Origin: Vicinamibacterales bacterium
GTDB taxonomy: Bacteria > Acidobacteriota > Vicinamibacteria > Vicinamibacterales > UBA2999
DNA: 64,000 nucleotides
NCBI GenBank assembly: GCA_035263125.1
Contig: DATFRP010000284.1
Coordinates: 967-64,966, forward strand
Direction: 5' to 3'
Of the stretch, positions 7,571 to 15,924 are shown piece by piece. The position numbers and the translations under genes were made by a program. Positions within the stretch are counted from its first letter, which is position 1, and every line of letters starts with the position of its first letter. The notes below the pieces were generated by a model. The model did not search any database and was not told the DNA's origin. It worked only from the letters and a program-made list of their open reading frames with translations.

Positions 7571-9829
7571 CTATGTGCGAACCGTCAGCAGGAGATAGGC
7601 CGCACCTGCGCCGAAGAGAAGATTCGGCGCCCAGGCGGCAAGCAGGGGCGCGATGACACCGCCCGCTCCCATAGCCGCGAACACGCTGATCGTCGTCCAG
7701 TACATGATGGCGATTCCGATTGCCGCAGCGATGCCCGCCATCGCACCGCTTCGACCGATCGTGACCGCGAAGGGGACTGCCAACAGGGTCATGATAATCG
7801 TCACGAAGGGAAACGAGATCTTTCGCCAGAGCGCCACTTGTTGTTTGACCACATCGAGGCCACTGGCCTCGAGACGGTCGGTGTAGGCGCGCAACTGCGT
7901 ATAGCTCATGAACCTTTCATCGGGCGACTGCGTGGTGAAGTACGACGCCGACTCAAGTGTCTGGCGAGCGTTCGAGAATGGGGTGAGAAGCCCCGGCTCA
8001 CCAGTCGACTCGAATTTCCGCGTCCAGCCGTTCTGGAGAAGCCACGTCGCGTTGCCGGCAGACGTCGCCTGGGTGGCAAACGTGCGCTCTGTGAGCCGCG
8101 TGAGATCGTCACTGAACCGGTAGATCCAGAGGCCTGAGAATCGGTTCGTGCGGTAATCGAAGTAGTTGTAGTGGTAGATGGCGCCGTCCGTTCCCATGAC
8201 CCATCGTCTGTTGAGCACGTCGAACGTCTCAGGTGATCCACCTTTCATGACGTGCTTGATGGCTTCCGCGCGCCGGTTCGCTTCGCCGAGCACCGTCTGC
8301 TCGAGTCCGATGAGCGCCGCACCTGCCAGGACGGCGCCGACGAGCATCGGCACCGCAACTCGATAGAGGCTGATGCCGCACGCCTTCATGACGATGAGTT
8401 CGCTGTTCCTCGTGAGCATGGCGATCGTCACGAGCGATGCGAGCAGCACCGACAGCGGAATGATGTAGTAGAAGTACTGTGGCGTCTCGTAGGCGAGAAA
8501 CATACCCAGCATCGCCCATGTGGCGGCGCCCTTGAACACCTTTTCCGAGAGTTCCGTGAACGCCGAGATGTAGAACACGCTTGCAAGCGCGATCGCGGAC
8601 AGCGCCAGCATGCGTCCGTAGGTGACCGCCACATAGCGATCGAGGATGCTCGGCCACGGCACGGCGGCGCGCCTCAACATGCGTGGGCGGAGCAGTCGCG
8701 TCACCGCTTCGGGCATTGGAATGCGGAGGGGACGATCGCTGCCGCGATTGCGCATCCGGAACAGGACGAGCCCTGCGATCCCAAGGACGATGTTCGGTAA
8801 CCAGGCTCCCAGCCAGGGCGGGATGATATGGCCGCGAATCACCGACTGACCCAGTTCGAGCAGCAGGTAGTAGGCGACGATGATCGTGACGCCGATGACG
8901 AAGTTCGCGAGTCTGCCGTCGCGTCGATTGGTCGCGCCGAGCGCGAGTCCGATCAACCCGAAGACCAGACACGCCGCCGGAATCGAAAACTTCTTGTGGA
9001 TCTCGAAGAGTTGATTGTGCGGGTACGCGCCGTGGGCCAGCGCCTCGGCGGCGCTCGCACGCAACTCGGCGACCGACATCTCCCGAAAGCCTTTCGAGAT
9101 GCCGCCCGAGGGAAACAGTCGCTCCGGGTCGAGGCGGAGCACATACTGCTCGAACCGGAACAGATCGTTCTTGCCCGCCGCGTCGACCATGTGCCTGGCC
9201 CCATCGTGCAGCACCATCTCCACGGTCTTCTTCTCGCGGTTGATCAGAGTCTCGCCGCGTCGCGCGAGATAGATCGCCGAGCCATCGCCTGAGCGGTTGT
9301 CCGCCATGAACACGCCGTTCCATCCACCTGTCTGCGGCACGTCGCGGACGTACAGCACGATGTTCGGGAACTCGTTGTAGAAGACGCGTGGCTTGACCTC
9401 GCCTTCGGCCTGCGCCGCGGTCACGTTGAAGGTGATTTCGCGGAACGTCTGGTTCGCGTCGGGAACCGAGACGAGGAGTACGTAGGCGGTGATCGCCGCG
9501 CAGACCGCTGACATCAGCCCGACCGGCCGCATGAGGCGCAGCGGGCTGACGCCACACGCCTGCAGCGCCACGAATTCGCGATCAGCCGAGAGGCGGCCGA
9601 ACGTCACTAGCAGCCCAAGCAGCAGCGACATCGGGATGGTGACGCCGAGCGCCATCGGGACGAGAGCGACGACGAGGCGGAGGACGACCATCGTCGGTGC
9701 GCCCTTGGAGATGTAATCCTCGGCGTACTTCATCAGCTCGGGAATAATGATGAGAAACGTGAAGACGAGCAGACCGAGCCCGAACGGCATCAGAATCTGC
9801 CGAATCACGTACCGGTCGAGAATTCGCAT
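7571..9829 (-). CDS. Fused LptF-LptG lipopolysaccharide export permease (two YjgP/YjgQ modules in one ORF)
   Basis: 752-aa uninterrupted ORF. The first module starts MRILDRYVIRQILMPFGLGLLVFTF. The second starts after a basic linker with ILDRYVAVTYGRMLALSAIALASVFYISAF. Each module has the multi-TM plus periplasmic beta-jellyroll layout of LptF/LptG. Confidence 0.8.
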   Translation of the reverse strand: MRILDRYVIRQILMPFGLGLLVFTFLIIIPELMKYAEDYISKGAPTMVVLRLVVALVPMALGVTIPMSLLLGLLVTFGRLSADREFVALQACGVSPLRLMRPVGLMSAVCAAITAYVLLVSVPDANQTFREITFNVTAAQAEGEVKPRVFYNEFPNIVLYVRDVPQTGGWNGVFMADNRSGDGSAIYLARRGETLINREKKTVEMVLHDGARHMVDAAGKNDLFRFEQYVLRLDPERLFPSGGISKGFREMSVAELRASAAEALAHGAYPHNQLFEIHKKFSIPAACLVFGLIGLALGATNRRDGRLANFVIGVTIIVAYYLLLELGQSVIRGHIIPPWLGAWLPNIVLGIAGLVLFRMRNRGSDRPLRIPMPEAVTRLLRPRMLRRAAVPWPSILDRYVAVTYGRMLALSAIALASVFYISAFTELSEKVFKGAATWAMLGMFLAYETPQYFYYIIPLSVLLASLVTIAMLTRNSELIVMKACGISLYRVAVPMLVGAVLAGAALIGLEQTVLGEANRRAEAIKHVMKGGSPETFDVLNRRWVMGTDGAIYHYNYFDYRTNRFSGLWIYRFSDDLTRLTERTFATQATSAGNATWLLQNGWTRKFESTGEPGLLTPFSNARQTLESASYFTTQSPDERFMSYTQLRAYTDRLEASGLDVVKQQVALWRKISFPFVTIIMTLLAVPFAVTIGRSGAMAGIAAAIGIAIMYWTTISVFAAMGAGGVIAPLLAAWAPNLLFGAGAAYLLLTVRT

Positions 9830-9853
9830 CTCTAATGGTCTATCGGCTCAATT

Positions 9854-12058
9854 ATGACGCGCGTCGCACTCCTCTGGCACATGCATCAGCCCTTTTATCA
9901 GGACCTGGTGACGGGGGAGCACATACTCCCCTGGGTCCGCCTCCACGCCATCAAGGACTACTGGGGCATGGTGGCCCTCGTGCGAGAGTTTCCGGGCATT
10001 CGGCTCACATTCAACCTGGTTCCATCGCTACTGGTACAAGTCGAGTCGTTTGCGCGCGACGAAGCACGCGACCGGCATCTGGAGCTCGGACTGAAGCCGG
10101 CGGACCAGTTGTCGGAGGACGAGCGGGGATACTGCGTGGAGCAGTTCTTTCACGCGCATCGCCCGCGCATGATCGATCCCTATCCGCGGTACGCGGAGCT
10201 GCTGGCGCGACGAGGCACCAATGGCTCGGGGTTGAGCCCACGCTCGCAGGCGGGGCAGTTCTCGGTCGATGATCTGCGCGACCTGCAGGTCTGGCACAAG
10301 CTCGCGTGGATCGACGCCTCTTACTTCGACACCGACGATCGAATCCGGCGACTCGTCGATAAGGGACGTGGCTTCAGCGAAGACGACAAAGCGATCCTGC
10401 GAGCGGTCGAACTCGAGCTTCTCGGCAAGGTCGTGCCCGAGTACCGAGAGGCCGCGCGGCGAGGACAAGTCGAGCTCTCGACCTCTCCGTTCTACCATCC
10501 GATTCTGCCGCTGCTGTGCGACTCCGATGTCTTCCTGCGGACGCACCCGCATTCGCGCATGCCACGCGAGCCGTTCCGTCACCCGGAGGACGCGTACGAG
10601 CAATTGACTCGTGCCGTGGCGTTGCACGAACGGCTGTTCGGTCGGAAGCCGGACGGTCTGTGGCCATCGGAAGGATCCGTGTCGGACGCGATGGTACCTC
10701 TCGTCGCGCGAGCAGGATTCCGGTGGATGGCCACCGATGAAACCATCCTGGCGCGTTCGATCGGCCGCGATCTTCCACGTGATGGCTTCGGGCATCTGGA
10801 GCACCCGGAGCTGCTGTATCGGCCGTATCGGGTCGGCGGGGCCGATCTGAACGTCGCCTGCGGCTTCCGGGATCACACGTTGTCGGACTTGATCGGTTTC
10901 GAGTACGCCTCGTGGCCTGCCGATCGCGCCGCGGAGGACTTCGTCGCTCGTCTCGTCGATGACGGCGACCGCTTCCGGATGCGAACCGCTGGGGGTGAGG
11001 CGACGATCTTCGTGATCCTCGATGGTGAAAATGCCTGGGAGCATTTCGAGGGGCAGGGGCGTCCATTCCTGCGCGCATTGTATTCACGTCTGCAGTCACA
11101 CCCATCGCTGCGCACGGTCACGATGAGCGAAGCCTGCGCCGACGCGAGCGAGTCGCTGACATCCATCTTTCCGGGCTCGTGGATCAACGGCGACTTCTAC
11201 ATCTGGATCGGACACGCGGACGACCATCGCGCCTGGAGTCAGCTCGTCGACGCGCGGCGAGCCGTGGACGCACCACCACCCGGGCTCCCCGAGGCGTCTC
11301 TGGCACGCGCGCAGGAGGAGCTGCTGATCGCCGAAGGGAGCGATTGGTTCTGGTGGTACGGCGACGATCATTCCTCCGCGCACGACCTCGAGTTCGACGA
11401 TCTCTTCCGGCGTCACGTGCGAAATGTCTATCGCGCGCTCGAGACGCCCATCCCGGAAGAACTGTTCGTGACGAACATCACCACGCGCCCGATGGTGACC
11501 CGCATCCGGCGACCGACGGGCTTCATCCATCCGACGATCGACGGGGAAATCAGCAGCTACTTCGAGTGGATTGGGGCCGGCAGCGTCGAGGCCGCATCAC
11601 GTCCAGGAGCGATGCACGAGATCGACTCGCGCAGCGACGCCATCGCGCTCGTGGCCTTTGGCTTCGATCAGGAGCACCTGTTCGTCCGCGTCGAAGGGAC
11701 GCGGCCGATGCGGGACGTGCTCGTGGGCCCGTTCGGCCTGACGCTCCGATTTCTGAAACCCGCCGGCGTGCAGGTGGTGCTGCGTCGCGACGGGCGCCTG
11801 GCCGACGCGCTGATCGTCAAAAGGTCCGCAAAAGGTGATTGGGACGTCGTGACGTGCCCAGGCCTCGCTGCCGCGATCGGCCGTGTCGCGGAGGTGGCGG
11901 TCCCGCTTCAGTGCCTCGGAGTGAAGCCTCAGGACGGGGTCGCATTCTTCGTGACGCTGGCCGAGGGGACGACGGAGCGCGAGCAGCATCCGCCGCATCA
12001 ACCCATCGAACTCGAAGTTCCTGACGAGCGGTTCGGACTCCGGAACTGGAGGGTCTGA
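9854..12058 (+). CDS. Glycoside hydrolase family 57 protein (alpha-amylase/4-alpha-glucanotransferase-like with C-terminal DUF1925/1926-type region)
   Basis: 734 aa. The N-terminus LLWHMHQPFYQD...LPWVRLHAIKDYWGM is the GH57 signature. Other motifs are ELSTSPFYHPILPLL, WPSEGSVS and ILDGENAWEHF. Confidence 0.85.
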   Translation: MTRVALLWHMHQPFYQDLVTGEHILPWVRLHAIKDYWGMVALVREFPGIRLTFNLVPSLLVQVESFARDEARDRHLELGLKPADQLSEDERGYCVEQFFHAHRPRMIDPYPRYAELLARRGTNGSGLSPRSQAGQFSVDDLRDLQVWHKLAWIDASYFDTDDRIRRLVDKGRGFSEDDKAILRAVELELLGKVVPEYREAARRGQVELSTSPFYHPILPLLCDSDVFLRTHPHSRMPREPFRHPEDAYEQLTRAVALHERLFGRKPDGLWPSEGSVSDAMVPLVARAGFRWMATDETILARSIGRDLPRDGFGHLEHPELLYRPYRVGGADLNVACGFRDHTLSDLIGFEYASWPADRAAEDFVARLVDDGDRFRMRTAGGEATIFVILDGENAWEHFEGQGRPFLRALYSRLQSHPSLRTVTMSEACADASESLTSIFPGSWINGDFYIWIGHADDHRAWSQLVDARRAVDAPPPGLPEASLARAQEELLIAEGSDWFWWYGDDHSSAHDLEFDDLFRRHVRNVYRALETPIPEELFVTNITTRPMVTRIRRPTGFIHPTIDGEISSYFEWIGAGSVEAASRPGAMHEIDSRSDAIALVAFGFDQEHLFVRVEGTRPMRDVLVGPFGLTLRFLKPAGVQVVLRRDGRLADALIVKRSAKGDWDVVTCPGLAAAIGRVAEVAVPLQCLGVKPQDGVAFFVTLAEGTTEREQHPPHQPIELEVPDERFGLRNWRV

Positions 12059-12296
12059 GCGCGCTAGACGCGCGTTCCGACCCGATTTCAGGCCGATTTC
12101 GTCAACGTCGCATAAGATGCGTTATGTTAACCAATAGAACGACCCGGCCTCGGAATCCTGCCTGGGCGCTCAATTTCGCTTCCTCCAACTTCTCTGCTGC
12201 GCGCCCCGCACGTCATTCAGGCAAGTCTCCAGAACGCGGGCTTGGGGCCCGTCGTGTCGGCTTGCGGTCTCGCGTTGGGAGATTCTTCTTTGTGGG

Positions 12297-13121
12297 CTAA
12301 CGTCTGGAGGCTCGGAGCTCTCGAATGATGTTCTCGAGCGCCTCGATGATTTCGTTTGCCTCAACCTTGCTCTTGCGGAAGCTCAATCGCAGATCGAACG
12401 CCTTGGTCGTTGGCTTGAAGGTAAAGACGTACGCCTTCGGTCGGCCCGGCTTGACCTTCGCCGTCTCCTGGCGCGCCAGCTGACGCGTCGCCTGGCCCTG
12501 TCCGGCGAGTTTCTCGACCAGGGCGGTCATTTTCTTTGGATCGGCCTGTCTAACTATCTGTAAAAGCGTGGACTTAGAGGTAATGTCGGCCAGCCGACAA
12601 AGATTTCGAACTTCTTCAGGCATCGTTGCCAGCGACAGCGACTCGGTAATGGCCGTCCGTGACTTCCCCAGCTTCCGAGCCATCTCTTCGTGGGTGTGCC
12701 CGCACTTCTGGACCAGCTGCTGGAGCGCCTCGGCCTCTTCAAACGCCGTCAGGTCCTTCCGCTGAAGGTTTTCGACGAGCGCGAGCTCCATCACCTCGAC
12801 GTCGCCGACTTCCCGAATAACTACCGGTACCTCACGCAGCCCGACCTGAACGGCCGCGTGATACCGACGTTCGCCGGCGATGATCTGATAGCGCCCGAGC
12901 CGCTGCCGCACAACCAATGGCTCGATGATGCCCTTCTCCTGAACGGACGCCATCAACTCGGACAGATCGCCCATCACCTGCCGGGGCTGACCGGGATTCG
13001 GATCCAGGAGGTCGATCGCGACCATGCGTCCGACCGGCTCGCCGGCGGATGTCGCGAGCGCCTCCACGTAGTGCTGGTCGTGCCGCATTCGCAGCGTCTC
13101 AGGCAGTCCGCGCTTCGACAC
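12297..13121 (-). CDS. parB: Chromosome partitioning protein ParB
   Basis: Motifs are LLDPNPGQPR, GIIEPLVVR, IIAGERRYHAA and LVENLQRKDLTAFEEAEAL, plus the HTH HEEMARKLGKSRTAITESL. The start is uncertain: GTG 13121 (VSKRGLPETL), ATG 13088, or the track start 13166 inside parA. Confidence 0.85.
   Translation of the reverse strand: MSKRGLPETLRMRHDQHYVEALATSAGEPVGRMVAIDLLDPNPGQPRQVMGDLSELMASVQEKGIIEPLVVRQRLGRYQIIAGERRYHAAVQVGLREVPVVIREVGDVEVMELALVENLQRKDLTAFEEAEALQQLVQKCGHTHEEMARKLGKSRTAITESLSLATMPEEVRNLCRLADITSKSTLLQIVRQADPKKMTALVEKLAGQGQATRQLARQETAKVKPGRPKAYVFTFKPTTKAFDLRLSFRKSKVEANEIIEALENIIRELRASRR
12584..12599. promoter_or_regulatory. Candidate ParB-binding (parS-like) palindrome, copy inside parB
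   Basis: TGTCGGCCAGCCGACA is a 16-bp palindrome with one central mismatch. It matches 17 of 18 positions with ATGTCGGCCGGCCGACAA at 14027-14044. Function is inferred only. Confidence 0.3.
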
Positions 13122-13872
13122 GTTCGATGACCTCCTCGCACAGGCTGTAGTAATCGGTCGCGCCACTCGATTCGGGCGCGAACGTGAAGATCGATTCCTT
13201 GTAGGCCGGACTCTCCTCCAGCCGGACGCTCTTGCTGATCACCGTCCGGAAGACCTTCCCCCCGAAGACTTTCGTTATTTGTTCGCGTATATCCCGCGCC
13301 AGCGCTGTGCGCTTGTCGTGCATGGTGATGACGACGCCGAGAATGCGCAGCGCCGGGTTGGGACGCTGTCGGACTTTCTCGATCGTCTCGAGCAAGTCGT
13401 CCGTTCCTTCGAGCGCGAAGTACGACGACTGGATTGGAATCAGAAGATGAGTCGCAGCCACCAGGGCGTTCACTGTCAGCAGACCGAGCGCCGGTGGGCA
13501 GTCGATCACGATGTGCGCGTACTCCCCGGCGAGCTTGTCGATCTTGTCCTTCAATCGGAAGTGCGCATCCAGTTCCCCGACCAGGCGCGCCTCGAGCTTC
13601 GCGAGTGCGATCCGCGCCGGGGCGATCCACAGATTCTTCTGCGTCGTGGCTGGCTGGATGACGTGGGCGAGGTCGCACATCGGATCCGAGAATGCGTCAT
13701 ACGTGCTGCGTCCGATGGCGCCGAGTTCCAGAAACGAGATGCTGCTGTTCGCCTGGGGGTCGAGATCGATCAGGAGCGTTTTCCGCCCTCGCATGGCGAG
13801 CGCCGCTGCGAGGTTCACGGCAGTCGTGGTCTTGCCGACGCCCCCCTTCTGATTGGCGATGGCAACGATCAT
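13099..13872 (-). CDS. parA: Chromosome partitioning ATPase ParA/Soj
   Basis: 257 aa beginning MIVAIANQKGGVGKTTTAVNLAAALA (deviant Walker A), followed by LLIDLDPQANSS. Confidence 0.9.
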   Translation of the reverse strand: MIVAIANQKGGVGKTTTAVNLAAALAMRGRKTLLIDLDPQANSSISFLELGAIGRSTYDAFSDPMCDLAHVIQPATTQKNLWIAPARIALAKLEARLVGELDAHFRLKDKIDKLAGEYAHIVIDCPPALGLLTVNALVAATHLLIPIQSSYFALEGTDDLLETIEKVRQRPNPALRILGVVITMHDKRTALARDIREQITKVFGGKVFRTVISKSVRLEESPAYKESIFTFAPESSGATDYYSLCEEVIERVEARTA

Positions 13873-14027
13873 GTACGACCCTGCCTTACAGATACGCTGA
13901 AAGGCAGGCTCGAATCGAGCGTGCGGAGGACGTTAGCCGCTGAAACTCCGGTGTGTCTCACGGGGCGCAATCCTGTGAAGGGTGCGCCCATTGTAGGAAC
14001 GGCTGTGCAGGGTGTCAACCGTTGAGA

Positions 14028-14043
14028 TGTCGGCCGGCCGACA
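14028..14043. promoter_or_regulatory. Candidate ParB-binding (parS-like) perfect 16-bp palindrome upstream of parA
   Basis: TGTCGGCCGGCCGACA is a perfect palindrome. It lies 2 nt beyond the BFN gene stop and about 155 bp upstream of the parA start. Function is inferred only. Confidence 0.3.
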
Positions 14044-14045
14044 AT

Positions 14046-14531
14046 TTACATCTTGTACTTCCCAAGTTCCGATGGGTCAAGACTTTCGAGCCATTTCTGC
14101 AGTCGCGCGTTGTCCATCGGCTCGGAGAAGACCTCGACGCTTTTGGCGTTGTCGATGACCGTCTCCTCGACCAGAATCGGCGACCTGGTCCGCAGGGCGA
14201 GCGCGATCGCATCGCTCGGCCTCGCATCGACTGCCACACGTTCACCACGAACCGTGAGATGAATCACGGCAAAAAACGTGTTGTCACGCAGGTCGCTGAC
14301 GACGACCCGGTCGACGGAGCCATCCAGGTCCGTGATGATGTTCCTGAGCAGGTCATGCGTCATCGGTCGCGGCGTCGCTACGTTCTCGATTTGAAGGGCG
14401 ATCGCGTTGGCCTCGAAGAGCCCCACCCAGATCCGGAGGATGCGCTCCCCCAACTTGTCCTTGAGAATCACGATCGGCATGTTGGTGATGGGGTCGACCA
14501 TCAGGCCCTTGATGCTCATTTCAATCAGCAT
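14046..14531 (-). CDS. Bifunctional nuclease (BFN/DUF151) family protein
   Basis: 161 aa with MPIVILKD...RILRIWVGLFEANAIA, TPRPMTHDLL and ARPSDAIALALR, which are characteristic of DUF151. Confidence 0.8.
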   Translation of the reverse strand: MLIEMSIKGLMVDPITNMPIVILKDKLGERILRIWVGLFEANAIALQIENVATPRPMTHDLLRNIITDLDGSVDRVVVSDLRDNTFFAVIHLTVRGERVAVDARPSDAIALALRTRSPILVEETVIDNAKSVEVFSEPMDNARLQKWLESLDPSELGKYKM

Positions 14532-14567
14532 GGCTCGCTCTCCGACCGCGCCTGAAACTGGTAGCCC

Positions 14568-15920
14568 TTACACCGCCTCGCCCCAGAGGCTATGGGGCCC
14601 GGCGCGCGTGATTCGCACGTCCACAGTGTGCCCGATCCACTCGCGGGACGATCTGTCCCCCCCACTATCGGCAGGCACGGGCAGGTTCACTACCGTGTTG
14701 CCGCCCGTCCGCCCCGAGATCTCATCCGAGCGCCGACGACTCGCGGAATCCACGAGCACTCGCTGCATCGATCCGACAGTCTCTTCGTGAAGACGCGTCT
14801 GAATCTCCCGCTGAAGTGTCTGCAGGACGACAATACGCGTCGTCTTCTCCGTGGCGCTGACATCGTCGGCCATTCGGAGAGCGGCCAGTGTGTTCGGACG
14901 GGGCGAGTACTTGAACGAGAACATGCTGTGAAATCCTACGGTCTCGGCCAGTGACAACGTGTCCTCGAAGTCTCCAGTCGTCTCCCCCGGGAACCCCACG
15001 ATCACGTCCGTGGAGAGTGTAATGCCGGGAACCGCCTCACGCACGCGGTCGACGAGATCGAGATACTCCTCGCGAGTATGACGCCGCCGCATCGCTTTGA
15101 GGATCCGGGAAGAGCCTGACTGCACCGGCAGATGAAGATGCTTGCAGACCGTAGGCAGATCTCTAACGGCCTCGATGAGCCGCGGGGTGGTGTGACGGGG
15201 ATGCGGGCTTGCAAAACGAACCCGTTCAACCCCGGCCACGCCGCTCACTGCCTCGAGCAGCTCGGCGAAATCGCATCCCGGATCGTCCGGAGCCGAGTAA
15301 TGGTTCACGATCTGCCCCAGCAGTTGAATCTCCTTGCGCCCGGATTCAACCGCGTTTCGGACCTCCGCGAGGATGTCGGCCTTCGCGCGCATCCGCTCGT
15401 GCCCGCGCGTGTACGGGACCACGCAGAAGGCGCAGTGATCGTTGCACCCTTCGATGATGGTGACATACGCCTTCACGGGATCTGATCGATGGGCCATTCC
15501 CAGCGGAAACGACACGTCGTCCCAGAGACCGATATCGACCGTAGCGAACGCCGAGTGGTGCGCGCGGTCGACCAGGACCGGAAGCATCTTGAGCCGCTGC
15601 GTGCCGACGACGACATCGATGACGTGGCCGTTCGACTTCTTGACCAGTGAGGCTCCCTCCTGCTGGGCCACACATCCAGCCACGGCCACCACCGGCGCCC
15701 GTCCTGTCTCGTCACGCATGACGCGCAGTTCACCGAGGCGCGTATAGAGCTTCTCCTCGGCGTGCTCGCGAACGCTGCACGTGTTGATCACGATGACGTC
15801 CGCGTCGGCCTCGTTGCTGGTCGGCTCGTAGCCGGCTTGTTCGAGCAGACCGGCCATGCGCTCAGAGTCGTGGACGTTCATCTGACAGCCGAACGTCTCG
15901 ATGAGATATCGCTTCGCCAT
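14568..15920 (-). CDS. miaB: tRNA-2-methylthio-N6-dimethylallyladenosine synthase
   Basis: Motifs are YLIETFGCQMNVHDSE, VIVINTCSVREHAEEK, the radical-SAM CNDHCAFCVVP, and a TRAM-like C-terminus. The ATG at 15920 is preferred because it lies just after the recN stop at 15925. The track start 16010 would overlap recN. Confidence 0.9.
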   Translation of the reverse strand: MAKRYLIETFGCQMNVHDSERMAGLLEQAGYEPTSNEADADVIVINTCSVREHAEEKLYTRLGELRVMRDETGRAPVVAVAGCVAQQEGASLVKKSNGHVIDVVVGTQRLKMLPVLVDRAHHSAFATVDIGLWDDVSFPLGMAHRSDPVKAYVTIIEGCNDHCAFCVVPYTRGHERMRAKADILAEVRNAVESGRKEIQLLGQIVNHYSAPDDPGCDFAELLEAVSGVAGVERVRFASPHPRHTTPRLIEAVRDLPTVCKHLHLPVQSGSSRILKAMRRRHTREEYLDLVDRVREAVPGITLSTDVIVGFPGETTGDFEDTLSLAETVGFHSMFSFKYSPRPNTLAALRMADDVSATEKTTRIVVLQTLQREIQTRLHEETVGSMQRVLVDSASRRRSDEISGRTGGNTVVNLPVPADSGGDRSSREWIGHTVDVRITRAGPHSLWGEAV

Positions 15921-15924
15921 GGAA

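Noticed and set aside
12297-13872. parAB as evidence that the window is a plasmid or integrative element.
   Set aside because: The genes are embedded among miaB, recN, tol-pal, dnaE, mutS and similar genes. This is consistent with chromosomal Soj/Spo0J.
14028-14043. The TGTCGGCCGGCCGACA palindrome as a simple intrinsic terminator of the BFN gene.
   Set aside because: As RNA it could form only a 6-bp stem with a 4-nt loop, and it lacks a U-tract. A near-identical second copy lies inside the parB coding region, where a terminator makes no sense. It is kept as a protein-binding-site candidate instead.
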